A stretch of 63,200 nucleotides of DNA, the filler included, from Pirum gemmata (taxonomy: Eukaryota), in the NCBI GenBank assembly GCA_002812295.1. It is 25 parts of 25 records of this genome, joined end to end, with 100 filler letters (N's around TTAATTAATTAA, not from the genome) between each part and the next. Parts side by side here need not be neighbours in the genome. Positions count along the whole stretch, not along the records: positions 1 to 2,091 come from PDIN01008472.1; positions 2,192 to 4,294 come from PDIN01008473.1; positions 4,395 to 6,486 come from PDIN01008474.1; positions 6,587 to 8,656 come from PDIN01008475.1; positions 8,757 to 10,823 come from PDIN01008476.1; positions 10,924 to 13,014 come from PDIN01008477.1; positions 13,115 to 15,209 come from PDIN01008478.1; 18 more parts are not named here. One strand, 5' to 3'. Each line of letters begins with the position of its first letter. Positions within the stretch are counted from its first letter, which is position 1. Positions 1 to 13,171 of the stretch are shown piece after piece. The notes under the pieces are model-generated. The model made no database searches, was not told where the DNA came from, and worked only from the letters and a program-made list of their open reading frames with translations. The position numbers and the translations under genes were made by a program.

Positions 1-1346
1 TTATTATTATTATTATTATTATGTATAAAAAAAAAACGTTTCAATATTTTTATATAGTATGAGTAATGATTGTGATCAAAATATTATCATTATAATTAAA
101 TTTTATAATTATATTATATAGTTATCCGCCCCCCGATAACACAAAATGCTCACAAAATATTTACAAAAATTATTTCAATACTATTTCAATACACTTTCAA
201 TAAATAGCCTTTAGAAAAAAATCGGTTTGATTGAAAAGTTATTTTTATATAAATAAATTGATTCGACCTTTTAAAAAATTGTTCGAGTCAATATAATAAC
301 AAAAAAAATAATAAAAAAAAAGTTGTTGAAGAGTCGAGTGGAAGAACTACTACTAGCTAGCTAGGCTAGCTAGACTGTTTTATATAATTATATCGATATC
401 ATAGTAGTCTAGCTAGTCTATCGCTAGTCTGTCAGACTCTGGTGAACCAAGGCATCCGCGCTTCTAATTAAAAACGGGCGGCCCTCCAGAGGTTTTTGAA
501 GCCCGTGCCGTTGTGCGGGCTGCGGCCTACTAATTGTAATTAGTGGACACTAATACTACACTAATTAAAATTTGCGTTGGCCCCACCGAATTTTTTTTCA
601 GATTGAGTGCGGGCAGATTGGTAAATGTTACTAAATTTAGTAATAATTTGTGTATATAGGTATATATATAGAATGTATATATATATATATAGGAATAAGC
701 TATTACCCTATATGTTACCGTATAATATATGTATATATGTATATATAATTATATTCAAGTTATGTATGTCATGACTATCTTCTTCCACATCATCATCATC
801 ATCGTCATCTTCTTCGTCGTCTTCCGATTAAATGAAACAGGCAGTCAATGCGGATGTTGCAAAATTACCGAAAAGCTACCGAAAAGCCCAGGAGCACATC
901 AGGATATATACCGGTATAGACTATAGCGTAATACTATATAGACTACCGTACATAGCATAGTGAAACGCGGATTTGGCAACACACAAAACAAATGCGGCAC
1001 CAATTAAATTTTGCGGACTAATTTATTTGGCGGAGGGGCCGCCCAAATTTAAAGGTCTTGCGGCATTTTTGGGCGGTGGCGGCCTAGAGTCGGCCTAGCT
1101 AGCTTGAAAATTTTTTAATAGTCTATCGATAATAATAATAATTAGTCTATGAGCAGAAAGAGTGCAGAAAGACAATACACAAGTATTACACATAATTATC
1201 ATACACATAAATAAAAAATAAAATAAAAAAATTAAACATTCTAATTCCTTTATAAAACAAACAATAATAGTAAACCAAATAACGATACATAAAAGATATA
1301 ACAAAAAAAATAATACAACAAGGACTAGTAATATTAAGTTCAAAAA

Positions 1347-1767
1347 ATGGAGTGGCTGTCAAGCTGGGTTTGGGGGGAAAGTGATTTCTTAACCAGGGTA
1401 CTGAAATATATATCCTACCACTAACCCAACGCCAACCCTTAACCAAAATGCCAACCTTCATCCAAGCCCCGTCTTTAACATCAACACTAACACTAGCACT
1501 AACCCTTAACCTAACCCTAACCCTTAAACTTGCATTAACTCTTAAACTAGCACTGACCCTTAAATTAGCACTGACCCTTAAACTAGCACTGACCCTTAAA
1601 TTAGCATTAACCTTCAATTATAGCTAATTCTAACTCCAATTCCAACTCCAACCTAACGCTTTTTAATAAAACAGGATCAATTTATAGAATTCGCCAAACT
1701 AACTTTTAAACTTTTAGACGAACAAGAAGTAAAAGATAAATTAAAGCAAATACATACCGAAGGAGGG
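1347..1767 (+). CDS. 5' part of a spliced gene of unknown function (exons 1347-1397, 1675-1767)
   Basis: ATG, then MEWLSSWVWGESDFLTR, a phase-0 GT..AG intron, then DQFIEFAKLTFKLLDEQEVKDKLKQIHTEGG followed by a GT donor. Truncated by the contig end. Confidence 0.6.
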
Positions 1768-2091
1768 GTATTATTATTATTTTATATCTTGTTTTATTGT
1801 TATTTGAATTAGTCAACTATTGAACTATTTGCACTATTGAATTCTGAGAATTGATTATTAATGTTTATTATATTGATTATTAATTGTTTACTATTAATTA
1901 TTAATTATTGATTATTGACGTTTGACTTGTGACTTTTGATTATTATTTATCGAGTACCGATGATAGATGATTGATTAGTTATTATGAGCAATGATTAATT
2001 ATTGATCATTGACGATCGATGAATCATGATTGATTATTGATGATTGAGTATTAAGGATTGAGGATTGAGGATTGAGGATTGAGGATTGAGG

Positions 2092-2191
2092 NNNNNNNNN
2101 NNNNNNNNNNNNNNNNNNNNNNNNNNNNNNNNNNNTTAATTAATTAANNNNNNNNNNNNNNNNNNNNNNNNNNNNNNNNNNNNNNNNNNNN
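2092..2191. other. Artificial contig-joining spacer N44-TTAATTAATTAA-N44 (first of 24)
   Basis: Same 100-bp structure, with stop codons in all six frames, starts at 2092, 4295, 6487, 8657, 10824, 13015, 15210, 19526, 21729, 23920, 27143, 29363, 31564, 35566, 37758, 41908, 44098, 46301, 48520, 50743, 52962, 55181, 57370 and 59548. Most pieces between spacers are about 2.07-2.12 kb. Confidence 0.97.
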
Positions 2192-3295
2192 GATAATAAT
2201 AATAATAATATTAATATTAATTAATAATAAGTAGTTTAGGATGACACGGTGAAGTATGACCATTACCATTACAAGCAACAAAAACAACATGTACAACTAC
2301 AACAATATAGTCTATATGCCCATAAGTAGTTGTTAGTTGTTAGTTGTTTGCAACAAACATTAATTAATTAAACAGCAAACGAATAACAAAGAACAAAGAA
2401 CAAAGAACAAACAACAAATAATAAACAACAAATAACAAATAACAAATAACAAATAACAAAATTTAATAACAAACAACAAACAACAAACAACAAACAACAA
2501 ACAACAAACAACAAACAACAAACAACAAACAACAAACAACAAACACTACCAGGTAACCTGGAAAAAAAAAATTTGATTCGGAAATTTTTTTGGAGGGGTA
2601 GATTTAGTTTGGAAAAAACATCATATTTTTTTTTAGTTTGGATTTTTTTTATACCCAACTGTTTTTGGTTTGGACTTTTTTTTGAAAATTTTGATTTTTT
2701 GTTCGGATTTTTTTTTCGATTTTTAATTTGGATTTTTTTCTGTAATAATTTTGAAGTCCTTGAACCTTGGTTTGGCTAATTTTTTCTTTTTTTTTTTTTT
2801 GAAGCCCTTGATTTGGCTAATTTTTTTTTTAGGTTCGGAGAGGAAACGTTACCCCTGTCATTTTTATGTTTTCTCGAAAAGCCCGTAATTATTATTATTT
2901 TTTCAAGCGAGCCGTATAAAATTTATGAAAAAGATCAAAAAAAAATAATGGTTGTAAAATAGACTCGAATTTTCCACACGAATACATCTGGCCAATGAAA
3001 TTTGGTAAAAGCCACTATATGATAACCTAAAAACTTCTACAAAAAACTTCTCCAAATGTTGCTGCACCTCTAGGCTGCTAAATTGCTAATAGCCTAATAC
3101 TCTGCTAATTACTAAAAAAACTCCCTATATTTAGTAATAAATAGCTTCTGTGCACACCTTATTAGGGTAAAAAATAATTACCCATAGCTAAAAGTTATAG
3201 CGTTTTTATTGGTTAATGTGCACAGATTTTGTAAGATTGTAAGTTTGCAACCCGCAAATAAATAACCTAGAATAAATATTGTAACAAATAATAAC

Positions 3296-3514
3296 TCGAG
3301 TTTTCGAGCCTATGTATTAATTCGAACATTTTTTAAGCTATCATAACAGTTTTTTTTAAAAAAAATATTCGAGTATATTTATTTATTTATAAACCTGAAA
3401 AAATGGGAAAAATAATGTTCGAACAGGGCTGAATTTCAGCTTTTTTTTTCGACAGCAGAAATTTGAGCTTTCGGGCTTGAGCAGAATTGGGAGATTGGGT
3501 GTATTGGGAGAGGC
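3296..3514 (-). mobile_element. MITE family A copy (inverted relative to 57004-57223)
   Basis: Reverse complement aligns by eye with 57004-57190. It ends in GCAGAATTGGGAG..GGGAGAGGC, with a short local duplication inside the TIR. Confidence 0.7.
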
Positions 3515-3594
3515 TTAATCTGGCATTATCTGGGGATAAAAATGTATAAAAGTTGGGATAAATAACAAAATTTAACAAATAAGGCAAATAAATC

Positions 3595-3840
3595 TAGGGT
3601 TTAGGGTTTAGGGTTTAGTAGGGTTTAGTAGGGTTTAGGGTTTAGTAGGGTTTAGTAGGGTTTAGGGTTTAGGGTTTAGGGTTTAGGGTTTAGGGTTTAG
3701 GGTTTAGGGTTTAGAGTTTAGAGTTTAGGGTTTAGTTTTAGGATTGAAGGGGTTAGGGTTAGGGGTTAGGGTTAGGGGTTAAGGGGTTAGGGTTAGGGGT
3801 CAGGGTTAGAGGTTTGGGAGGTAAGTTTAGGGTTAGGGTT
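3595..3840 (+). repeat. Interstitial telomere-like array: (TTTAGGG)n grading into TTAGGG/TTAGGGG variants
   Basis: Directly visible and internal to the contig, not at an end. Confidence 0.9.
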
Positions 3841-5290
3841 GACTATTGAACTGCAACGAAATTACTGATCAAATTGTTAGTTTTTTATATCTTTTGTTTT
3901 CTTTATTTTTCTCTTGTTTTTAATTATGGTCAGGGTTAGGGGAAAGGTTAGCGATAGGGTAAGTTATAATTATAGTTATAACTATATATAGTTATATATT
4001 AGTTATAGCTATAGTTATAGTTATAGTTTAGTTATAGTTATATATATTAGTTTACCCGTATTCTACCCATGATGCTACTATTCGTTTTGAAAGTTCGAAC
4101 TTATGTAATTGTTTTAAAATAATTTTAAAACTTTTTTTTCGGACGGAGGAGGTTAAAAAATTCTTTTACCTTTTTCATTAATAAAAAAAAGCAAACATTC
4201 TACCCAGAATGTGAAGTAGCATTGAAGCATGCCCTCCTATTTGCTCCAAAGCATTTTAAAAAAATAAATCAATAATAATAAAAAGCCGAAAAACNNNNNN
4301 NNNNNNNNNNNNNNNNNNNNNNNNNNNNNNNNNNNNNNTTAATTAATTAANNNNNNNNNNNNNNNNNNNNNNNNNNNNNNNNNNNNNNNNNNNNGCTTCA
4401 AAAAAAAAAAAAAAAATCATGATGAATCATAGTCTATTAAGAACTACCAAAATATTATTTTACTTGTACATTTTAATTATTATTAGTACTTTTATTAAAA
4501 TATGCAAAAATTAAACCAGCCCAATAAAATTTATAAAATACCAAGTAAAAGAAAGTGATAAGATTAGATTAAATTTTTAAAAAAATAAGTATGTTATCTT
4601 ATTTATTTTTATATCGTATGTGCACTGTATATGTGCAACCATGAAATGCGGAAGAAAAATATTCGCACTCATTGTTCTAATTATAAAACTGGATGTCCTT
4701 CATTTTCGCGGTATCTTTTCGCATTGAAAAAAAGCCATCAGTAATGACGTCATATATAATTAATAGTTGCAAAATCGCCGAAAAAAAAAAATCGCACCAC
4801 CAACCCAAACTAAATTTCCCACATTTACGCAGACATTTTCGCAATCATAATTGGAATAAAAAAATTTGGATTCTAAAAATAGAAATAATTAGTCTTTTTT
4901 TGTTAGTGTTTTTATATTTTATGTTTTTTTAAAAAAAATTAAAAGATTCCTAATTATTATTATACCCGTACTAATCAATTAAATTGGTAACTTTTGTTTA
5001 TTTTATATACTTTTTAAAATAATCCAATTATAATTTATATACTACCAAATAAATCCAGTAATTTTATTCCTTTTTTTATATATTTCATGCCTGGGCTGAA
5101 GCACTGCTGAAGCACTGCTGAAGTCCGAAAGAGACAGACTTTGGCTGCTTATTTTACATATACCAGTATTTATTTATATATATATATTTATTATTTATTA
5201 TCATATTTATTATTTATTATTTACTATACTTATTTTTACTTTCTTTACTCTTTTATTATTGATGTTGAAAATAATAATATAATAGTGGGT

Positions 5291-6395
5291 ATGTTGAAAA
5301 TAAATAATTTCAGTAGAGTTGTTGGTTTCGCAACAACATTTGCAAAACAATTTTCGAATTATGGCGGGGCTGGAAAACAACACTTTGATTTGATCGTTAT
5401 TGGATCTGGTAATGTATATATGTGTGTGTGTTTGTTTGTATTTGTGTTTGTGTGTGTGTGTATGTGTTTATGTATATGTGTGTTGCTTTGGTTTTTTATA
5501 GCAAACAATAATAAACTAATGCTACTACAACAAACAACAACATGCAACAACAAACAACAACAAATGACAGCAAACAACAAACAACAACAAACAACAACAA
5601 GCAACAACAAGCAACAAGCAAGAACCAACAAGATCACATAAAAATTCATAACAACAAATACCAACAAACACCAACAAGTACCAACAAGTACCAACAAACA
5701 ACCACAAACAACCACAAACAACCACAAACAACCACAAACAACCACAAACAACCACAAACCACAAACCACAAACCACAAACCATAAACCACAAATCACAAA
5801 CCACAAACCACAAACCACAAACCACAAACCTCAAATAATAAACAATAAGCAACAAACAATGACCACCAACCACCAACCACCAACCACCAGCCTACTACCA
5901 AAAACAACATAACACAGCAAAAATCTCATTCCGTTCATTTTTTTTTTGTTTTTGTTTTTTAACTTTTTAACTTTCGTTTTTGTTTTGTTTTGTTTGTTTT
6001 TTTCCCTTAGGACCTGCCGGTCAAAAATGTGCAATTGATGCTGCTAAAAGGTATTTGTGGGTCATTATTGTTAGTGTTTGTTTTTCATTCATTCATTCAT
6101 TGTTTTGTTATTTTTTATTTTTCATTATTTTTGGTTGTTGTTTTGTTGTTTTATTGTTTATTGTTTTGTTGTTTTGTTGTTTTGTTGTTTTGTTGTTTTG
6201 TTGTTTTGTTGTTTTGTTGTTTTGTTGTTTTGTTGTTTTGTTGTTTTTGTTTTTTTCTGTTTGTTGTTTGTAATTTGTATGCTTAATCTCTTACTTACAC
6301 ACCTACTATTATTTGGAATTGACGGTTTCTTCTTCTTCTTTTTTTTGGTAGGCAAATGAAAGTGGCTTTAATTGACAAACCAGGTTCAATTGGAG
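5291..6395 (+). CDS. Soluble pyridine nucleotide transhydrogenase (SthA/UdhA)-like flavoprotein disulfide reductase, N-terminal part (exons 5291-5408, 6011-6050, 6352-6395)
   Basis: Spliced product MLKINNFSRVVGFATTFAKQFSNYGGAGKQHFDLIVIGSGPAGQKCAIDAAKRQMKVALIDKPGSIGG. It has the FAD-binding GxGxxG motif in a DLIVIGSGPAGQK context typical of SthA-like enzymes. All intron phases are consistent. The acid-free, basic first ~30 aa resemble a mitochondrial presequence. Confidence 0.75.
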
Positions 6396-7650
6396 GTACT
6401 ATTCTAAAAAATACTCTAACCCTAACTCTAACCCAAACTTTAATAATATAGTAACAACAACAACAACAATAACAACAACAACAACANNNNNNNNNNNNNN
6501 NNNNNNNNNNNNNNNNNNNNNNNNNNNNNNTTAATTAATTAANNNNNNNNNNNNNNNNNNNNNNNNNNNNNNNNNNNNNNNNNNNNCCGTCAACATACCC
6601 CCTGCATGGTACCATTACCGGAAAAATGGCAATAAAAGCCTACAATCTACTGCAATCCACAGAAAACCCGTCAGGAAGTTTTCGGCAATTATTCACCAAC
6701 TACTATCGTAGAGTTATCGTATCTACTAGCAATTATTTGGTTTTTTTTAATGAAACATTGTCAATATAATAATATGGATTTTAATAAGGCTGTGAACTTT
6801 GACAAAGCTGACATTTATTATTATAACTGCATATGAATAAGTATATTATATATTTTTAATTTTAAGTGCCATATTCAGTTCGAAGTGAATATTAAAAATC
6901 AAAAAAGCGTCTTCTATAATATAGCTACATGTTGTTATTATATATGATATATAAGTTTTGTTTTTAAAAAAAGATATTGATAACGTAATGATTTTATTTA
7001 TTATTTAATATTTATTATTGTTATTATATATTGTTATTGTATTGTTATTATTGTTAATTTATTATTGGTTATTATTGTTATTGTTGTTGGGGGGGTTAGG
7101 GTTAGGGTTAGGGTTAGGAATAGGGTTAGGGTTAGGGTTAGGGTTAGGGCCAGGCCTAGAGTTAGAGTTAGGGAGTGTTAGAGTTAGAGTTAGGGTCAGG
7201 GAGTGTTAAGGTCAGGGTGGGTTTAAGATTAGGGCTGGTTAGGTACGAGAAGAAATTCACTATCATAGACATAAAATTTGAGACAGTTAAAATAAATATA
7301 TGGTATCACATCATAGTGAATCAATAAAATGACGCCCTGTTTATATTACGTCACTATTACATTAGTAAGTACAGCAACAAGGTGAGACTTGAGACAATGA
7401 TACAAATGTATTGTTGACTGTGATAGACTACTAGTTAAGTTGATGTAATGGTTTAGAAAATGAATCAGAAAGACGGAAAGAGAAGGAATTGAGAAGCTTG
7501 ACTAGTATAGGTACAATGTCATGTGGTACAGGTGCTTTTTGCTGTTTATTGCAGAAAAGGGCAGAACCATGCCCAAATATCATAGACAGTACATTTGTAA
7601 ATTCGGTATTCTTATATTTTATTAATTTCTTGTGTAGCTGTGCTTTTCTT

Positions 7651-7693
<43 letters not shown>

Positions 7694-8245
7694 AAAGTTT
7701 TCTTTTGAAACTTTGAACAAACAAAACTTTGAATGTCCATCCCACGCTCTATACCAACTTTAGTTAGTAAGTTAAATAGAGCGTTAACAAAAACATAACA
7801 AAATCAAAAACAGTATTTAAACACTAGGGTACTAATAGCAACAATAGACATAATAACAACTATAATAATACAAAAGAGATGGAAATGACAAACTGTCTTA
7901 TAATTTTGGGTTTTTATTGTTATTTCTTCTTTTTCTTAATTTACACACTTACATAACTGGTACACACATATATACATAATTTACACTTAAGATAATATAT
8001 ATATATATATATATATACGAATTATTGTTATTATTTTCCTTTTTCCCTTTTTTGGTTTAGTTGTTTTTACACGAGATTTTAATACTACAAACCGTAGGTA
8101 CAATACTAGACTTAATTAAATAAATAGCAAAATCCAATATTTCATGGCAATAAAAAAGAACGATCGAAAAAACAAATCGAAAGTACTTTAAATGGTTGAA
8201 TACTTCATATAATAAATACTTCATATAATAAATACTTCAAAATAA

Positions 8246-8457
8246 TTAAGAAGACATAACAAGGTTAAATCCAACTTTGTGAACGGAACCATTCAGATTA
8301 GCAGTGTCAACAAGACAAGATAATCCCAAATTGGCACCAGCAACTCCAGAAGTATATGACAAGGAAAGAGCTTTATTGGAGTCAATTTTGGCTTTGACAG
8401 CTGCTCCGTTAGAAAGTTTGCATTGTCCACCAACAGCAAAGTTATTGATATAGTCAC
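8246..8457 (-). CDS. VDAC: Voltage-dependent anion channel (mitochondrial porin), last exon
   Basis: GDYINNFAVGGQCKLSNGAAVKAKIDSNKALSLSYT...LGLSCLVDTANLNGSVHKVGFNLVMSS-stop matches the VDAC C-terminal beta-strands and the HKxGxxL end. AG acceptor at 8459-8458. Confidence 0.9.
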
Positions 8458-9111
8458 CTATTTCAAAAATGGGAATGTGAAATTGGTAAAGTATTAACCA
8501 CAAATTCGTGACTTCGGTAAATTTATATAATTTTTTTAAAATAATAATAATAAATAAATAAATAAAGAGGCTCTTTTCCTTTTGAATGTATAATGGTTTC
8601 ATTTATAATAATTAATATTAATATTAATATTAATATTAATAATAATAATAATAATGNNNNNNNNNNNNNNNNNNNNNNNNNNNNNNNNNNNNNNNNNNNN
8701 TTAATTAATTAANNNNNNNNNNNNNNNNNNNNNNNNNNNNNNNNNNNNNNNNNNNNACTATTACTATTTCTATTACTATTACTATTACTATTACTACTAC
8801 TATTACTATTACTATCACTATTTCTATTATTATTATTATTACTATTACTATTACTATTACTATTATTAACGTAGGGTATGGACATGGGCATAGGTATGAG
8901 TGTAGGTATGGGTATAGGTATGGGTATGGGTCAAGGTATTATTAAAATTAGTATTTGCATTAGCAATAGTACTTAATATTAGATATATATATATTTTATA
9001 ATTTGATAATGGTAAAAGAGTCGGATCACTGTTCTATTTTTGTAGATCTAACAAAATTAGTACGTATTATTAGCCCAGAACTAACTTATTGACAATGTTC
9101 TTGTTATCCAG

Positions 9112-9338
9112 GTTAAAAAATGACCCTCAACATGAAGAAGGCTTGACGTCTGTGTTGAAGCAGGTAATGTTTTGAAATTTATATACCAATTTTTTCATAA
9201 AAATTATACAACTCTAACTCTGTACTTACAAAAAACAGGCGTTTCGTGATAGATTTAGACACATCATATTATCCGATCACTCTACAGAAACGGATACTCG
9301 TGATTTAACTCGTAATTTAACTTCTGTTGAACAATCGT
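9112..9338 (+). CDS. GINS3: GINS complex subunit Psf3-like, internal exons 9112-9163 and 9239-9338
   Basis: LKNDPQHEEGLTSVLKQ|AFRDRFRHIILSDHSTETDTRDLTRNLTSVEQS resembles the Psf3 C-terminal helices (QTFxxRFRRI..DTSAL..RL..ER). Canonical splice sites. Confidence 0.6.
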
Positions 9339-10789
9339 GTATGTTATTTATTATAAATATGTATATAGAAAAGTTTATGATTTATATTATCATTATTAAA
9401 TTTCATTATCATTATCATCATTATTATTTTTATTATATTTTATCATTTTCATTATCATTATCATTATCATTATCATTATCATTTTCATTATTATCATTTT
9501 TATTATTATTATTATTATTATTTATTATGTTTATTTTTATCTTTATCTTTTTCTTTATCTTCATCTTTATCTTTATCTTTACCTTTATCTTTATCTTTAT
9601 CTTATCTTTATCTTTATCTTTATCTCTTATTATCATTATTATCATTACTATTATCATTTAAATATCGTCATTGTTGTTGTTATCGTTATCGTTATCGTTA
9701 TCATTATCATTATCATTATCATTATCATTATCACCATCATTATCATTATCATTATCATTGTTATTGTCATTGCCATTATCATTATCATTATCTAATATTA
9801 TCGGTATCATCACCATTATCATTACTATTGTTATTTATTTTCATAATAATCATTACCACTATTATTTTACCATTACCATTATCATCATTTACCAGTATCA
9901 TTACCATTAGTACAATTAATTCCAATTATTATCATATTTTTTTTTTTGTCACTTAAGCTTTGTTACTAACTTACTTTTATTGATACAAATTGATCTTGCA
10001 TCTTTTACTTTCTATTAAAAATAGTGGTTCTGTCTAAACTGGACTCCCAGACAAACTTTTCGGAGTGGAGAAAAAGGAGAGCTGATCCCCTTTCTTCGTC
10101 TGGTATTACTAAAAAAAGGAGCATAAACATAGAATCATGAAATATTCATTAGTAACAAAGATGTTTTCTCCAACAAATCAATAAAGGATGGTGAGTATGA
10201 TAACAGTATTTCCCTCTTCTCGGAACGAATTGATTCTTGTCGTCAATAATGATTTCGATTGTATTTCTAATAATGAAATCAAGTTTAATTTTTGAAAGTC
10301 TGAAAATATTTAAACTCAGCAAATTGTTCTGTGTGTAGCAATGAAAAGGTTTCGGTTTACCATGTATGTATTTTAATAGTTTAATATTAATTGCAAAGTC
10401 TCTTGGTGGTTTAAACATCTTTATATTTCGATTACACGCACCTGCGTGTTTGCAGTATTATTTTCAGCTCGCTTGTAGTTCTTGTTATTCTTTCTGTGGT
10501 CATTTGATCTGTACTTCTCTTACCCAGAGCTATAAAGTATAATCTTGAACTCTTGACAATTAGTATGCCATACAACACATAAACATAAATCTTGCAGTAG
10601 TTTCCGAGCCAACAATGTTTTGCAATGCCTCTTGAGATATTATTTATAACCAACGCTCAAAAAATATTATCAAAATTTCAAATCAAAGACAAATTTAACT
10701 AACAAATAAAAAAATAGGTTGTTAGTTGTTAGTGTTGATATTATTATTATTATTATTTTATTTATATTCTTGTTATAATTATTATTGTT

Positions 10790-10823
<34 letters not shown>

Positions 10824-11190
10824 NNNNNNNNNNNNNNNNNNNNNNNNNNNNNNNNNNNNNNNNNNNNTTAATTAATTAANNNNNNNNNNNNNNNNNNNNN
10901 NNNNNNNNNNNNNNNNNNNNNNNTTGTTTTGTTTTGTTTTGTTTTGTTTTGTTTTAATTCTTTGTTTTGTTTTGTTTTATTTTAATTTTCTTTGATTTGG
11001 TTTTGTTTGGTTGGTTTGGTTGGTTTTGTTTGGTTTTGGTTTGGTTTGATTTGGTTTGGTTGGTTTTGTTTGGTTTTTGTTTGGTTTTTGTTTGGTTTGG
11101 TTTGTTTGGTTTGGTTTGTTTGGTTTGTTTGGTTTGTTTTTATTATTTATTTATTTATATATTTATTATTTATTTAATATTATTTTCAAG

Positions 11191-11492
11191 GCGACGACAA
11201 CGAAGCCAACATACTTTACAAGATATAAGTGTCCCTCAACGATCAGCACCAGCGTTACCAACAGAGCCCCCCTCAGAGCCACGATCATTAGCAACCCAAT
11301 ATGAAAATTCTTTTGAGAGGGAATTAAATATGGAAAATGACGTCACAGAACCGGGAGACGAAATTTCTGACATTGACGAAAAAGAAGAACAAAATGAGTA
11401 CGTTAATCCAGAAGAAGATGTTACTGAATGTGGTATTCATGGTGTGAGTGGGGTTGGGTTACATTTTAGTAGGGTAGAAGATGATGATAATG

Positions 11493-11566
<74 letters not shown>

Positions 11567-12484
11567 AGTGAAGAGTCAGACGATTCAGAAGGTCATTATG
11601 ATCTTTGCACACCAGAAGATCTACTTTCAGGTAGGCCAAATAAAACCATTAGACAACAACAACAACAACAACAACAGCAACAACAACAACAACAACAACA
11701 ACAGGTTCAATTAGAAAAAAGAAATAATGAAAGAAAACTTTTGCTTCAGAATTTACAAAATCTACAAAGTGGTGATAATTTGGATTATGAAGATTTAGTG
11801 CTAAAATTGCAAATTTTACTTAATGAACAAGAACAAGAAAAGTTAAGAAAATCGACAAATAACACTAACTTTTTCAACCCAATCAATAGTAATAATAATG
11901 GTAATATTGGCGGCAATAGTAATAGTAATAGTAATAGTAATAGTAATGGTAATAGTAATAGTAATAGTAATAGTAATAGTAATATCAACATCAATAGTAA
12001 TAGTAAAAGTAATAGTAAGAGTAAGAGTAATAGTAATAGTAATAGCAATAGCAATAGTAATAGTAATAGTAATAGTAATAGTAATAGTAATAGTAATAGT
12101 GTTAGCAGAAGTAATAGTAATAGTAATAGCAACAGTAATGGTAATAGTAATAGTAACTCTGATACTGATACTGATAATAACACTAATGCGAATACTAATA
12201 CTATTACTAATACAAATACTATTACTAATACTAATACTAATACTAATACTGATACTAACCCTAATACTATTACTACTATTACTACTACAGCTAAAGATAA
12301 TAATACTAATACTACTAATAATAAAAGTAGAAGTACTAGTAGGAGAGGTAGTAACGATAGCCATAGTAGTGATATTATAAAAAACAACAATAGTAACTTC
12401 TACGATACTGTTAAAAGTAGCAATACAAGCAATGTTGTTGTTGCAAATAATAATAATGATTATGATAATGATATCAACAATGGC

Positions 12485-12520
<36 letters not shown>

Positions 12521-12643
12521 CACAATCTTAATACGAATGATAGCAATAATGATGATGATAACAAGAGTAATGCAGTTGAAAATAATAATAATAATAAAAC
12601 TGAAAGTGATAATAATAATAATAATTATAACAATAATGATAAC

Positions 12644-12679
<36 letters not shown>

Positions 12680-13014
12680 CATAATCATAATAATAATACG
12701 AATGATAACAATAATGATGATGATGACAACAAGAGTAATATTAATATTAATAATAATAATAATAATATTGAAGTTCAGAAATCGATAAAAAAACGACGTA
12801 GGGTTAAAACTTTAAAATTATCTGTTATGGGCGCAGTAATGGATTTTTATCATTCAGAAGATCACAACGCTTTTGACAACACTAAAAACAATGTTTCATT
12901 TAAAAATAATATTAAATACGATGATAGTAATATTACTTATTTTTCAAATAACAATGATAATAACAAAAATAGTAATATTTACATTGAAAACAAAACTAAT
13001 AGTAATGTCTATAT
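11191..13014 (+). CDS. Large exon of a low-complexity polyQ/N/S-rich protein of unknown function
   Basis: Open frame of about 600 codons after the AG at 11189-11190. Non-repetitive segments are interspersed with (CAA)n and (AATAGT)n, and there is a basic KKRRRVK patch. The first ~75 aa of the tracked ORF are intron microsatellite. Confidence 0.7.
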
Positions 13015-13171
13015 NNNNNNNNNNNNNNNNNNNNNNNNNNNNNNNNNNNNNNNNNNNNTTAATTAATTAANNNNNNNNNNNNNNNNNNNNNNNNNNNNNN
13101 NNNNNNNNNNNNNNATAATAATAATAAATAATAATAATAATAATAATAATAACTACCACGACAAACAATAG

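Noticed and set aside
2136..2147. TTAATTAATTAA recurring at about 2.2-kb spacing as a regulatory motif, array or nanochromosome boundary
   Set aside because: Always embedded in exactly 44 N on each side; it is a synthetic six-frame-stop linker.
3595..3730. True chromosome telomere
   Set aside because: The array is internal, degenerate and followed by about 450 bp of other sequence.
5359..5876. Numerous hydrophobic or Cys-rich ORFs (also 2360-2658, 26583-27198, 44142-45061, 55818-56259, 62550-62990)
   Set aside because: They are translations of simple-sequence repeats in introns or intergenic DNA.
7431..7610. Possible exon on either strand
   Set aside because: Short open frames exist on both strands with no recognisable motif, so the strand cannot be decided.
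9975..10655. Coding-like sequence on the minus strand
   Set aside because: Every frame I read is interrupted, and I could not find consistent splice sites or a recognisable motif.
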